Assembly: GCA_013265495.1 (NCBI GenBank)
Contig: MU058337.1
Span: forward strand, 3,616,176-3,680,175
DNA: 64,000 nt
Reading direction: 5' to 3'
From: Vicugna vicugna
Taxonomy: Eukaryota
Shown: in pieces, positions 36,542-49,239 of the stretch
How the letters are laid out: the number at the start of each line of letters is the position of its first letter
How positions within the stretch are numbered: the first letter of the stretch is position 1
Translations under genes and position numbers: made by a program
The notes under the pieces: generated by a model
The model's database searches: none
Told to the model about the DNA's origin: nothing
Seen by the model: only the letters and a program-made list of their open reading frames with translations

Positions 36542-37817
36542 AATGCATCCTTTCATATCCGTTTGCAACCACTGAAATGATATCCAGGGTAGGTGCACAA
36601 GCGGGAGGAATAAATGCACAAAGAGATGTTGAGTAAATGTGAAACTAAAAGATAATCACCCAGTGAATCATTTCAGTTGGACAAACTGTCCCAGAGAAAA
36701 GAGAAAATCCTGTAGCATGCTCTCTTTCTACAAAACCTGATAGGCTCAGCTACTCAGAGCTAAGCAGAAAGACAGTAAGAGAGGCACAGGGGCAAGAAAG
36801 GCTATAGATATAGCCCATATGGGGATTACATCCAGAAAGAAACAATGGTTGCGCACATTGGTAAAGGAACTGTATGTTGTTTTGGTTGAGGAAATGTCCA
36901 GATTAAGTAAACAAAGAATAGAATCAAATGCTCATATCTCTGAATGGAAAAAAACAAAAACAAAAACCAACAAATATACAAACAAACAAACAAACGAAAA
37001 AAACCCCAAGCAAATTTCACTTACCATTCTATGTATGCTTTGGAAAGAGACCACCGAGAAAGTTCTAAGCTTGTGAATTGCACTGCTCTCCTTTAAACCT
37101 ATTTTTTTTCTTCTGTCTTTAATTTTTTCATTTCAAATTTTATTTTAAGCCTTAAACTCCATAAAGGCATCTACTCACAAATATAAGAAGTATTTCCTGG
37201 GTTAGATAGGGTATAAAATTAAGGTCCAAGCTAATGATGAAAGTATCTATGTGCTTATTCTCCGGGAGACCAACTCAGTCACTTTAGTCTAGATTATACG
37301 AACCCCCGCAACAGTCAAACAGCAAATCAAGTTCAAGATAAATGTCAACAGAAAGAGAGGACGTAATTAAGCAGAAAACATGGTTGGGACTAACACTGCT
37401 TTGCAAAGCAAGCATGGGAGAGTACACAATTTTGCTGATAAAACAAAAATGGCTTTTGAGACTGGGTCAGATACAGAACTTGAACAGCAGGAGCTGTTAC
37501 AGCCAGCACGGGAAGGCTTAAAAATCAGTTCCTGGACAAATCTGGCAGCACGGGTGGAATGGCAGGAAATTAGAGTGTGTTCCAAGTCTGTCCAAGGAGG
37601 TTCTTTTGAAAGCTTCCTTTCAGTATCTGACAAATAAAATATGTGATTAGTTAAATGACAAGTTAGCACAGACAGTGGTTTTGAAAAGGTGTAAATGGAG
37701 GGGAAAATGGCAGATTTCATGTCATATTAAGAAAAATATAATCTTAAAAATATTCCTAGGGAAAAGGTCTCAGAGCTAAAGTCTGGAGCTTTAAAGAAGC
37801 TTGAATTCTCTGTACAA

Positions 37818-38030
37818 CAGTGGTTCTCAACCCAAGGTGATTTTGATACCTCCCACTTCCCACCCGCCCCCTCTCCCCCCGAACACTTGGCAATGTTTGG
37901 AAACATTTTGGCTTGTCACAACTGAGGAGAGGCCAGGATGCTGTTAACATCTTACAACGCACAGAACAGGCCCTCAAAACAAAGCATTTTCCAACACAAA
38001 ATGTTAGAAGTGCAAGAGTGAGCAGGCGTG
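37818..38030 (+). mobile_element. MER20 hAT-Charlie DNA transposon
   Basis: CAGTGGTTCTCAAC...TTGGCAATGTTTGGAAACATTTTGGCTTGTCACAACTG...GAGGCCAGGATGCTGTTAACATCTTACAA. Confidence 0.85.
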
Positions 38031-38234
38031 GTTTTAGAATTCCAGAGTTGTACATACTCATTATGTTCCCAAATCAAAAAAGAAATAAAAAACAAAAAAC
38101 CAAAAAAACACAAACCAAAACAAAAAATAGATTCTCAGTATGTTCAGAAAACTTTCTTTAAATACAAAAGAAAGATAATTATCTTCTTAGGAACGTTCAT
38201 ATAGTATCGTAGCACGTCAAAACACCTCTAATGA

Positions 38235-38460
38235 GTCTGAGGGCTTTGGTTCTAGCCAGACCTCAGTTTAAAAAATTCATTTTGCTAATTATGAGCTTTT
38301 TACTTTAGGCACATGCACAAAACTCTCCAATCCTCATTTTCTCATCTCTGAAAATGGACATCGTGATGCTTCCATTTCAGTCATGCTATAAAGACTAAAT
38401 GACAATATTCAGAAGGACACATAGAGCAAATAAGAGCAATTAGTATCATTATTGTCATTA
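38235..38460 (+). mobile_element. MIR SINE remnant
   Basis: GGGCTTTGGTTCTAGCCAGACCT...CCTCATTTTCTCATCTCTGAAAATGG. Confidence 0.65.
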
Positions 38461-38760
38461 TCACTATTTCATATGGGGTAATATAAGCCATGCAAATCCT
38501 ATGCAATTAAAATTCAGAAAGTCTAAAGAATATTGAAAATGTTCTAGTGGACGGCACCAATTAAAAAAAAAAAGACCAAAAAAAAAAAAGAAAAAAAAAA
38601 ATTACTTTTCTAAAGCCTCAAAATTTCCAGCTAACATGATTCCTTTCAGAAAGTGCCCTTGATAAAGCAGCGAGCAACACCAACCTAAGAACAACCTGTC
38701 TCCCACATAAAACACAGAAAAATGTTGATAAAATAGCTATTTGGTGTATTTCCTCGATGC

Positions 38761-39319
38761 TGTGGGCTAGTGTTTTGTCATGTACAAACTCTAACACGAA
38801 CCTCAGTAAAGCATGTCTTCTATAATCACTTCCCCCTGCGTGGAGGTGGAAACTGTGACAGGCTTCTAACCAACAGAGTATGTCACTCCTGTGGGTATGT
38901 CATGCTGTGTGAGGCTCCACCCTAGCAGCCTGGAGACAGGGATTCTTTTGCTGGCCTTGAAGAAACAAACAGCCGTGTTGTGACCTGCCTACAGAGAGGG
39001 CCACATGGCAGGACCTGAGGGTGGTCTCCAAGCCAACAACCGGTAAAGAAACTAAGGCCCTCGGTCATACAGCCAAAAGGAAATACATTCTGTCAATGGC
39101 CTGAGTGATTCTGGAAGAGGATCCTTTCCAGCCAAGCCTCCAAATGAGAAGACAGCCCAGCCAAGCCCTGGCTTTCCTCTTGGGCAGACCCTGCGCAGAG
39201 AACTCAGCTAAGCCTTATCCAGACCTGACCCACAGGAACTGTGAAATAACAAATGTATACTGTGCTAACCCACTGTTTGTGGCAGGCAATCTGGTGTGCA
39301 GCGGTAGAAGACCAGTACA
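38761..39319 (+). mobile_element. MaLR solo LTR (MLT1E/F-like)
   Basis: TG...CA termini; CTGGCCTTGAAGAAACAAACAGCC, GGGCCACATGGCAGG, GCAGAGAACTCAGCTAAGCC, GACCCACAGGAACTGTGA. Confidence 0.8.
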
Positions 39320-40248
39320 GAGGAGTGTGCCAAAAATATAAAGAGTATTCCTAAAGTGGAGGTAAAAGCTTGGCTAGTTAAGGTGTTAAGAATTATAAAT
39401 AAACCTAGGACATGAAGAGATGCCATGGGTCGTGGATCCAAACTAGTTGGACGTAATAGTCCTGTATTACAGTCTTACTGTCTGATTTCATACACACACA
39501 CACACAGAGTTACACATGATGGTTTACAGGAGAACAAAACTAATCACAGCCATTGAAAATACTTTTTAAATATTTTACTAAAAAATTGTAACCGGATTTA
39601 CAACATCTATGTTTTCATGTAAGAATTCTATATCCTATGGAGATAAATGAGAACCAATTAAGCCAATTTACTAAGCAGGAACTCTTAATTGGTAATACTC
39701 CTACAACATATTGCCATGCCAGTAATCTGGATGTTTTATATGAATATTTCAAAGTTATTAATGTCACAGTAAATATTATAAATACACGAGCTCAACATGA
39801 GAAAGTAGGATGCACTTATTCATTGACAAAACATAGTATCAAATTAAATGGGAAGTACCCTCTTGCAGGTGAATAATGTTGAAGTCAAGGTCAAGTTTTA
39901 CAGGAGGGCTTGGCTACATTAGAGCCTACATTCCTCATCAAAGGCAGGGAAGTGGTACTTTAATTAATTGATGAAATATATTATTTACGGAATTATATGT
40001 AAGTATAAAGGGGAGTTATTTAACCTGATCATCAACAGGAGAGAAAATCATGAAGCAGCATTACATTTCTGCAGGTAGGAAAAATAGGCAACGTGTTAGA
40101 GAAAACTGGGAGCAAAATGAAAGATGAGACTTGTCTGATGAGGAGAGACGGCCTTGCCGAGAGCACGTCTTCCCTCTGAACCTGTCCTGTTCTCCACATG
40201 CCTCCTTCATCACATTTAAGTCCAAAGAGGATTTCAAGTGAGGACCGG

Positions 40249-40256
40249 TGACGTCA
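40249..40256. promoter_or_regulatory. Perfect CRE (TGACGTCA) in a local CpG cluster; candidate enhancer/promoter
   Basis: GTGACGTCAC palindrome at 40248-40257, with about 10 CpGs in 40145-40330 in non-repeat sequence. Function is unproven. Confidence 0.35.
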
Positions 40257-42809
40257 CTCGTCTCGGAAACACACAAAGCTCTCAGGGCTTTGCGCCCTGT
40301 TTGCAGCTGATGGTAACTCCGCTCACGGCAACACTTACCCTCCTTGGCCTGTTTTATACAAATGCATCAGGACAGTGTTTGTGATGTCATGGTGAATGCT
40401 TTTGTAATGTTGCAATTAAAATACATATACAAATAAATAATTAGGAAGAAAAACCTCCCTAATAATTTTTGACAGGATGAAGGAACAGCAGCAATAAGGA
40501 TTTGGTCCTGGGGGGAAGGAGTAAATGTGGATCAGTGGTAGTTTCCGTGTCTATAAAATACAATAATAAGGTATATACTTATCGTGAGAGGTAAAGTAGA
40601 CCATGTTTACAAAAATGTAATGTCTTGTAGATGGAATGTAACTTTGAATACTGTGATACTGGGTTTAAGTTATCCATCCAGTCTCTAAAAAACCACAGCC
40701 ACCCTTAACTTCGATGTAAATAGTAGCCATCAGAGAATTTTTGCAATGGACTGCATCTTGACTGGCTTTCAACAAAAATTGGTTTTAATGATGCTAAGAC
40801 TGGATGAGCAGAAAAGGCTGAATATCTTCTTCTAACTCAGTGATACCGTGACATGAAAGTCCTTCCTGCAGCAAATCATCGCAGTGCTGCATCAAAAGGA
40901 AGGAAACCCAAGGTTGTACTACGTTGAAGGTCTCTGTGGACTAGGATATTGAGGATAAAACAAGCGATTGAAAAGCAAAACCCAGTATCAGTAACAGTCA
41001 CAAACCTCTGAATTTTCCCTATAACATTCTCCCAATCCTTCCAGGCAAAGTTTAGAGAGAACTATTTTCTCCCTTCTATGCAAACATGAAGAAAGTATTG
41101 GGTCAGATGATACAGAGACTTTCTTTTACTATTGCTCCATAATTATAAAAATGAAAAAGGGCAACAACAACAAATTTTCAAGATTTCCTACCATAGACTT
41201 CAAATGGTTGTGGTCTTAGCAATACTAGTTAAGTCTCCCAATGTGTAACTTTACATGACCCAAATGAGGGAGATAAACAAATTCAGCTATCCCTACAAGG
41301 CATAACGCCTCCCGCAGGTTCTCTCTGCCTCCTGAAGCCGCTAGTGGTGAGATGGCGGCATAACTCATGCACTCTCTAGAGTGTCACAGTTTAACGGCAT
41401 TTCACGGCCAGGGCACAGCACATTACATTATGCTCACAGCATCACCATGAAAGCCACCACACCATAAAGTGATAACACTGCATAATGAGACACACAAACC
41501 CAATGTAATGTGACATACAAGAAAATCAATGCAGCACATCACTAAAAGTACCCCAGTTTGGAAGGGGGTGCCCATGAGCATTTCAAATGAATTTACAGAT
41601 CATTCATTTCCTACATAATTCTACTGTATTTGATCTCTGTGCATCTGCACACTTCCACAGAGGAATCTAATGCTGAATTCTCAAGCCGTGCAGTTGCACA
41701 ACCGTATTCCTTTTCCAGAGGAAGCCAGAGAGTAAAATGTAAATATGTAGCATATACTATTTGAAGGAATTCAAGGAAGGACAAGTAAGTCTTTTTAAAA
41801 GGGGTGGTCTCTTTGTAAACACTGTGTAAAGGAAGGCTACACCTTCCTTAAATGAACTGGCACGACTCTCACCTCTCAACATGAAAAAACAAAGCAGCAG
41901 CAATTATAAAAAGATTCAAAGGTAGGATTTATCAGGAAAGGCTACAAAAAAACACAGATTGCTGGGTAGAATCGGACACTAAAGCAGTAAGAGGTTCGTC
42001 AACAACAAACTTTTACTGTAGGAGGAAACACTGCCAGCTGACACCACCCCAAAGCCTGGCAGCAAGTTACTGCGGGAGCCCTCAACCACCAAACTTCTAA
42101 TAGCGAGCCACCCACAACGCTGCCTTCGCAGCTCACACAAGAAGGACAGCGATAATGCTCTCTCACATATGTCGATGAGAAAAAGTTGTAGTGAGTGCAG
42201 GAAGATGGAGCGAATGCCAGTGAGGGATAGTTTAGGTATCTGGTGGAGTAACTGGCCAGCGGTGTCTGCAAGTGGTTTGCAGAGTGGTTAAAACATGGTG
42301 ACTTGAAACGCGGAGTTAGACTAGAAGGTATCCTTAAGGCAATTTCAGACCTTGGAGTGTATGGCTTTGTAATCTTTATAGTATCATTTTCAAAACATAA
42401 TCAAAAGTTTAGGAAACTAGATTTGAAATGACATTTTAAAATGGAATAAATTGTTAACAGACTATACATTTATGTACATTTAAAACTCTACCTTGTGCAT
42501 TTAGGGTGGAAATGTGTTTCACTATCCCTTTACTTTGACTCCATCCTACTTGAACTTTAAGAAGACCTGAAAAATTAGCACTGTGTCTAACTTAAGAACA
42601 TGTGTGAACCTCACCGACCACTTCTGCCTATTCCCTTTCTCCCCAGCTCTAAAATCACCTCGTTTACTATGCTATGTTTGGTATGACATCTTGGGGTGGA
42701 AATGGGCATACCTATCAAATGATTGAGAGTTTATTTAGAAGTTAAAATAGACATGAAATCATAGAAATTTAAAAAACGTGCTAGTTTTCCATCATTATCT
42801 TTAGTGGGT

Positions 42810-44260
42810 GTGTTAAAACACATAACATGAGATCAACCCTCTTGAATGTTTAAATGAACAGTAAAGTATTCTTAGCAGTAAGTATAAAGTTCTAAATCAG
42901 ATGTCTAGAATTTTTTACTTTGCATGACTTAAAACTTACACCCTTTGAATAGCAACTTTTCATTTCTGCGTCCCCCAAGCCCCTGGCAAACCCCATTCTA
43001 TGCTTTCTTTCAATGAGTTTGACTGCTTTAGATACCTCATATAAGTGAGGTCATGCAATATTTGTCCTGTGACAAGCATATTTCACTTAGCATAATGTTC
43101 TTAAGTTTCATCCATGCTGCTGTATATGACAGGGTTTCCTTCTTTTTTAAGGCTGAATAGTATTCCATTTTATGTATATACCACATTTTCTTTATCCATT
43201 CATCCAACCAAGGAAAAACATAGGTTGTTTCCACAACTTGGCCTCTGAATAATACTGCAGTGAACTTGGAAGCACAAATCTCTCTGAGATTCCATTCTCA
43301 ATTCTTTTGGATAAGTACCCAGAGGTAAGATTGCTGGTCATATGGAAGTTCTATTTTGAATTTTGGGGGGACTCTCCATATTGTTTTCCATAGTGGCTGC
43401 ACCATTTTACATTCCCACCAACATTATGTAAAGGTGCTAAATTCTCACATCCTCATCTAAACACTCGTTATTTTATATCATTTTGATAATGACCATCCTA
43501 GCAGGTATGAAGTTTCTCATTGTGGTTTTGATCTGTGTCTCCCTGATGATTAGTGATGCTGAGCATCTTCCCTCAGCTCATGTAACTGCCAGCTATTTCT
43601 ATGTCTTTTTTGGAGAAATGTTTGTAAGTCCTCTCTGATTTTTTAATTGAGTTACTTGTTTCTCTGCTATTGAGTTGTAGGAGTTCCTTATATATTTCAG
43701 AGATCAACTTCTTGTCAGATACCTGGTTTTCAAATACTTTCTCTCATTCTGTGAGTTGCCTTTTCACTCTATTGATCATTTCCTTTGCTGTGCAGAAGAT
43801 TTTTTAGTTTAATGTAGGCCCCACTTGTCTTTATTTGCTTTTGTTGCCTATGCTTTTGGTGTCATATTCAAGAAGTCATTGCTAAGACCAGTATCATGAA
43901 GCTCTTCACTTCTCCTAGGAGTCTTCTTCTAGGGGTTTTATAGTTCCAGCTCCTACACTTAAGTCTCTAATCCATTTTGGGCTAAGTTTTATATATGGTG
44001 TAAGACAGGGGTCTGATTTTGTTCTTTTGTATGGCCAGTAACACAGCTCTGTACCAGGGTACTATGGGAAAAAGGTGCCATGATTTTCCTACCAGCTTTG
44101 GTGCTGCTGACTTTATGCTGATCTGAGGTGCAGGAGCCTTCAGCTGGTTTCTAGATTTCTTATAAGGGAATTGGCCTGTACACTGTTGTTGAGTCAGTGT
44201 TTCAATAGGAGGAAGGAAGGTCTGGGGCTTCCTATTTTGATTTCTTGCAAATGGCACTCC
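42810..44260 (-). mobile_element. Old L1 (L1MA-like): ~220 nt of 5' UTR joined to ORF2 3' part and 3' UTR
   Basis: Minus ORF 43037-43234 is the ORF2p C-terminus ([21 protein letters not shown]). 42810-44040 is collinear with the young L1. 44040-44260 reads GGAGTGCCATTTGCAAGAAATCAAAATAGGAAGCCCCAGACC...AGAAACCAGCTGAAGGCTCCTGCACC on the minus strand, like an L1M 5' start. Confidence 0.85.
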
Positions 44261-46270
44261 TATATACTCTTTTATGCCTAACCCATTTGCAAAAAGGACA
44301 TTTGGGGGCTAGGTTTCACAATTAATAGATGTGTAATTATCCTTCTTTATCTGGAATACATCTGATCCTCAGCCTTACTGAGATCATATAACAAAATAGA
44401 CCCCTCCCATATAAGGCTAATAAATGAGAGCATTTCAGATGATTCATAGCATGAATCCACTGACAGGAAAACTTTAGATATCATTTTAGGCCATTTGGTA
44501 GCAAGTTTCCTGATCCATCTATCTGCCATAGAAAAGTAAGAGAAAGATATTAAAGATAAAATAAACATATTGTGTTGAAAACCGCCTGCTCCAACAATTA
44601 AATTTAGCATCCTTAACGAGTCCTCCCATTTTTCCACTCTGTTCTTTGTGCCCTCTGTTTTCGCCTGATGTTCAAATCCTGTGTTCATGTATGTTCGAAT
44701 ATATCACTTCTGTGCTTATGACATGTCCTCTAATTACAGCAAGCACCTTTAAAACTAAAGTAGCATTGGGTTGCAAAATTAATTATTCAAACTTGCATAC
44801 AAACTAAATAAAGGCACAAGTTAACCTTTGGCAAATACAGGCTTATACATGTAAAAAAAACCTCAACAACACTCATCTTCCAAGGATAGACTCAAGGACA
44901 ACTGACCACAAGTAATGATTCATTAACAGTAAATCTGTTTTGGGCTCAAGCTCTCTGAAGGACAATATCAGGAACCTCTCTGATTCCCCTAAGATCTATA
45001 GCAGCTGACAGCCCCAGAGTGTCTGACAAGGTGTTCATACAACACATGTCAGGGTAAATAAATAATCACTCCTCTCTGAGCAAGACACAATCTGTTCTCT
45101 ACTTTAATCAAGGTCACAGTACAATTATTGCATCTGAGTCCCTTCCCCCCATACCTTTTTATTCTGTCTACAGAACAAGGACAGTGCCATCACTTAGACC
45201 TCCTCTTCAGCATTCAGACCTCAGGCAAGGGGACACACTTGTGAAAAAGACTAGGTAACAGTGGAGTTCTGGTGCTAAGACTGGTACCTTTATTTATTTA
45301 CAAAATTCACTCTGCAATTTGGCTGGATTTTTCTTCTCCACTCTCATGATAGGGCAAGCCTCAGTCCAGGGTAGTTAGAGAGAAAGGTCTTCCTATGACT
45401 ATCCAAGTCCCCACCTCTTTGTCCCCAGCTCTTCATCACTCCAGAAATTACAGGAGTCTGGAAAACAATTCTGTGGTTTTCATTCTTCTTTCTTGTACGA
45501 GGACTGGGAATCCAAAGAGGTTTCTCCTTCTCTATTCTAAGTTATCAGAGCTTCCCCACCAGGTGTTCTCCTAAGGCTTTTGCTGGTCAGAAGATTTACG
45601 GCATCAATTCTGAGCAACTTCCCAACAATATGAGATGTGTACTTTTCATTAAAAATGAGGCAGAACTGTTTCACTTGTTACCTACAATGATAATAAAACA
45701 TTGTTTTGTTCTTGTTTTGTTTTTACACCCGTGACAATACACTCGTTAACACCAGATTTATGCACCATGTTTTGATAATTCCAGAGAAATTATCTAATTT
45801 TTAGTGCAATTAGTATTAATTCATTTTATCTTTTTTAAAACTAAGTTTCTAATAGTATATTATTCTTATTTTTTCTTACATTATTTTCTTTAGGTCTGAT
45901 CTTCTTAACCAAAGACTTTTCAATTGTGTTTCTGAAGGAAGAGTAATTTCAAAAGATTCATTATCAATTGATGACACCTACAAATTACAAAATTTCAACT
46001 ATACATAGATGTGTTCTTTACATGCTTGAAAACATGATGTCAGAATTTAACTACTGTTTAAACCATGAGTACAATATGAAATGAAAACTTAAATTATCAA
46101 GATAATTCAAACTAGACTGGAATTTTAAAAAAAGGATTTACATGAAATGGGCAAACAATCAGAAACCTTTTGGGGGGGCGGGGCTAAAAAGTAATATCCT
46201 CACTTTCATCTTTAAAAACAGACAAAGATACTTAACGAGAACAACACTCACTTAGAAGTATTTTCCATGA

Positions 46271-46632
46271 AAAACAGATACAGAGAACAAACTGGTGGTT
46301 CCCAGGGAGAGGGAGGGTGACAGGTGACGAAATGGGTGAAGGGGATCAAAAGGTAGGAGCTTCCAGCTATAAAATAAATAAGCTACGTGGATGAAAAGTA
46401 CAGCATGGTGACTGGTTAGTAATACTGCATCGCATATTTCAAAGTTGCTAAGAGAGAGGTCCCTAAAAGTTCTTACCACAAGAAAAAGAAATTTTTGTAA
46501 CTATGCATGGTGATGGTTGTTAACTAGACTAACTGTGGTAACCATTTTATGATATATACAAATATTGAATCTTGTGTTGTACATCTAAAACAAATACAAT
46601 GCTATATGTTAATTATCCACTAGTAATAAAAA
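46271..46632 (+). mobile_element. 5'-truncated L1 3' UTR (laurasiatherian L1MA-type)
   Basis: CAGATACAGAGAACAAACTGGTGGTT...GTACAGCATGGTGACT...AAAGTTGCTAAGAGAG...GTTGTACATCTAAAACAAATAC...AATAAAAAA. Confidence 0.85.
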
Positions 46633-46635
46633 AGT

Positions 46636-46693
46636 CATCAGGCATTGCCACATGCCCCTTAGCAGCAAAATCACTCTTACTGAGAACCACTGC
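46636..46693 (-). mobile_element. MER20 terminal fragment
   Basis: GGCATTGCCACATG...GCAAAATCAC...TGAGAACCACTG is the reverse complement of the MER20 start seen at 37818. Confidence 0.65.
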
Positions 46694-48289
46694 TCTAGAA
46701 ATTAACCAGTAATGTTATTTTCCAGTATTCATTCCTGTATATGTGCCAAAAAAGTGTTTTCCCTTGAAAAATTTAATAGCTTTCCACAAGGTTTTTAAGC
46801 TCAGTTATCTATCATAAGTAATCTTTTAACAATCTCTCTTGGATGTAACCATTCATCTATCTATCACTCTATTCCATTTCTGTATTTTTCTGATTTTACC
46901 CAGATAATTTTCTTCCTTTTAAATTTCAGATCAAAGAAGTAAAATGAAAACAAAAGTTTTACAATTTGCTGACATAAAAGTGTAGATAACAGAATTACAA
47001 GGGACAAATGGATGTCATATACATTTGTCAAAGAATTGCATTTTCCACTTTTATTCAGTTATGGTTCAAACAGCTGCATATAACCTTCAGATTATTCCTC
47101 ATGGATTCTACAGGAGGACAAGGGAGAAACACTCTCTGGAAGGGCTCTCTCTTGATTGTTAACAGGATGGAGTGTCACTGTGTATTTTCTATGTGGTAGG
47201 AGTAATGAAAAGGACGATCAGATTGGAGAACAGAAAGATATCCTGAGCAGACAACTTTGCAGCAGATGTGAAGACTTTTTACTATTTTAGTAAACGTTTC
47301 TAAAGACATTGATCTCATAAGCAAAATCAAATGCTGTATTTTTACTATACTGGACTATGTAATAAACCTTCCTCTCTTATGTTTGAAACTGTGTTTTTAT
47401 ATGATGACAGTGACATTTTATATATTTAGCCCACAGTTTTAACAGCTCCTAAATATTCATAATGCTAATTTTAAGTCACAGCATGATTTGTTAATTCTTA
47501 TAACTCTGCCAAACCTTGATAAATTGGGCTAAATTTGAACCAGATTTTCTAAGCCTTGCAGGGACATATTAATTCAATATTATTACTGTCAAGCATAAAA
47601 TATGTTCAGAAGCTTCCAGCATCACATCACACCACTTCACAGCTGAACTGGCATTTCATTCCCTCACACTAACTAACTTATCTGCCATTAAAATAACCAA
47701 TAATGTTGTCTATTGTTCTCGCATTTAATGGGGTTCATTCTCTTGACCAAAACTGTAGAGTAGGAAAAGGAAATAGGGAAAATTCTTTTGAGAAAAGTAA
47801 TAGCTTAGGTAGTTAATAAATATGAACTCCCATGTTTCACAAAATTTAAAAATGTCAAGTAAGGAAAAGAAGCTAATTGTTGTTGGTCTACCAAACGCTA
47901 AATATGGTGAATGGCTCTAAATGAGCAAAATAGAGAAAAGTCTGTTCTTTTCTTAGGGACAATTCAAAGGAAGTAAACATGGTTTATTGGATTTCTGTCA
48001 TTTACAGTGCATTATAAGTAAGTCAATATCTATTTATATTGTCTGAGAAAATCTTATTTCCTGGATATTAAGCTGTGTTATTTTGACATTGTTCTATTTT
48101 CACAGCAAATCTGAACCTGATTTAGATTTTGACTTTGGAAAAGTCAAAAGTCAAAAGTTTTTGTACTTTGTCTGACCCCCAGGGCAAGTTAATAGCACCT
48201 CTGGTTATGAAAATATGACACCAAAATGATATTGAGTATCAATAACTTACAGGACAAATGACAGAGATACTTCTACAACAAGGCTCTTT

Positions 48290-48720
48290 TCTTATGTCAC
48301 CCTACTTACGACTCTCTGCCTAACCATCTGTATCTCTTCGAGTCTTCTCCAAACTTAACCTCCTCTTTCATGCAGCTGGATCTTATCCTCTTTCAGTTAT
48401 TCAAGGATTTCTGTTTGGAAGTTGTGTTCCGTCTTATACACTTTCCATTTTCCCCTCTCTGCTACATCCTGCTTTAATAGATGCCATCTTTTTTTTTTAA
48501 TGGATGTACTGGGGATTGAACCCAGGACCTCATGCATGCTAAGCATGCGCTCTAACACTGAGCTATACTATACCCACCCCTCTCAATAGACGTGATCATT
48601 AAAAAAAAAAAAAAAAAAGCTTCCTTTGACCCCACTTCTTCCTCTGGCTACCATTTCATTTTCTGCTCATGTCAGAGCAAAGTTTCTTGAAAAATGTCTG
48701 TTGGTCTCTTTCTTAAATTC
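48290..48720 (+). mobile_element. L2 remnant interrupted by a SINE
   Basis: Pyrimidine-rich L2-like text on both sides of the SINE (CCTTTGACCCCACTTCTTCCTCTGGCTACCATTTCATTTTCTGCTC). Confidence 0.5.
48489..48580 (-). mobile_element. tRNA-derived SINE, camelid vic-1-like short form
   Basis: Minus strand GGGGTGGGTATAGTATAGCTCAGTGTTAGAGCGCATGCTTAGCATGCATGAGGTCCTGGGTTCAATCCCCAGTACATCCATTAAAAA. Degenerate TSD AATAGATGCCATC / AATAGACGTGATC. Confidence 0.9.
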
Positions 48721-48784
48721 CTCAACAATGTACACTTTTTTTCTTGAAAATGCTGTATTGATTATTTTCTGCTTTTAAAAAAAA

Positions 48785-49170
48785 ACTTTACTTTTAGAGC
48801 AGTTTTAAGTTCACAGAAAAACTGAGCAGAAAGCATAGAGATTCCCCCTAAAATCCTCTTTTCCCCAGATACACAGACAGCCTCCCCCACTATCAACACC
48901 CAGCATCAGAGTGGTACGTTTGTTACAACTAATGACTCTATATAGATGCATCATTCATACCCAAAGCCTGTAATTTACATGACAGCTCACACTTGGTGTT
49001 GTATATACTGTAGGTCTCGACAAATGTGTAATGATGTGTACCCACCATTATCGTATCATGCATCACAGCTTCACTGCCCTTAAATTTCTCTGTGCTTGTC
49101 CTAGTCACCCCTCCCTCCCCAATTATCCTTGGAAACCACTGAGCTTTTTACTGTCTCCAAAGTTTTGCAT
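48785..49170 (-). mobile_element. L1MC-like 3' end
   Basis: TTTTAGAGCAGTTTTAAGTTCACAGAAAAACTGAGCAGAAAG...CATCAGAGTGGTACGTTTGTTACAA...CAGCTTCACTGCCCTTAAA. Confidence 0.8.
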
Positions 49171-49239
49171 TCAACATATACTTTATAGCCCATTTAAATG
49201 TTTCTATCAACTACTCCACAGCTACTCCTGCTGGGATCA

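Noticed and set aside
41990..42360. CpG-containing patch with a 90-aa minus ORF
   Set aside because: No protein similarity recognised; its end resembles an L3/MIR3-type ancient repeat, too weakly to annotate.
48127..48157. 10-bp inverted repeat with AAAAGTC tandem
   Set aside because: AT-rich and short; a slippage product with no further support.
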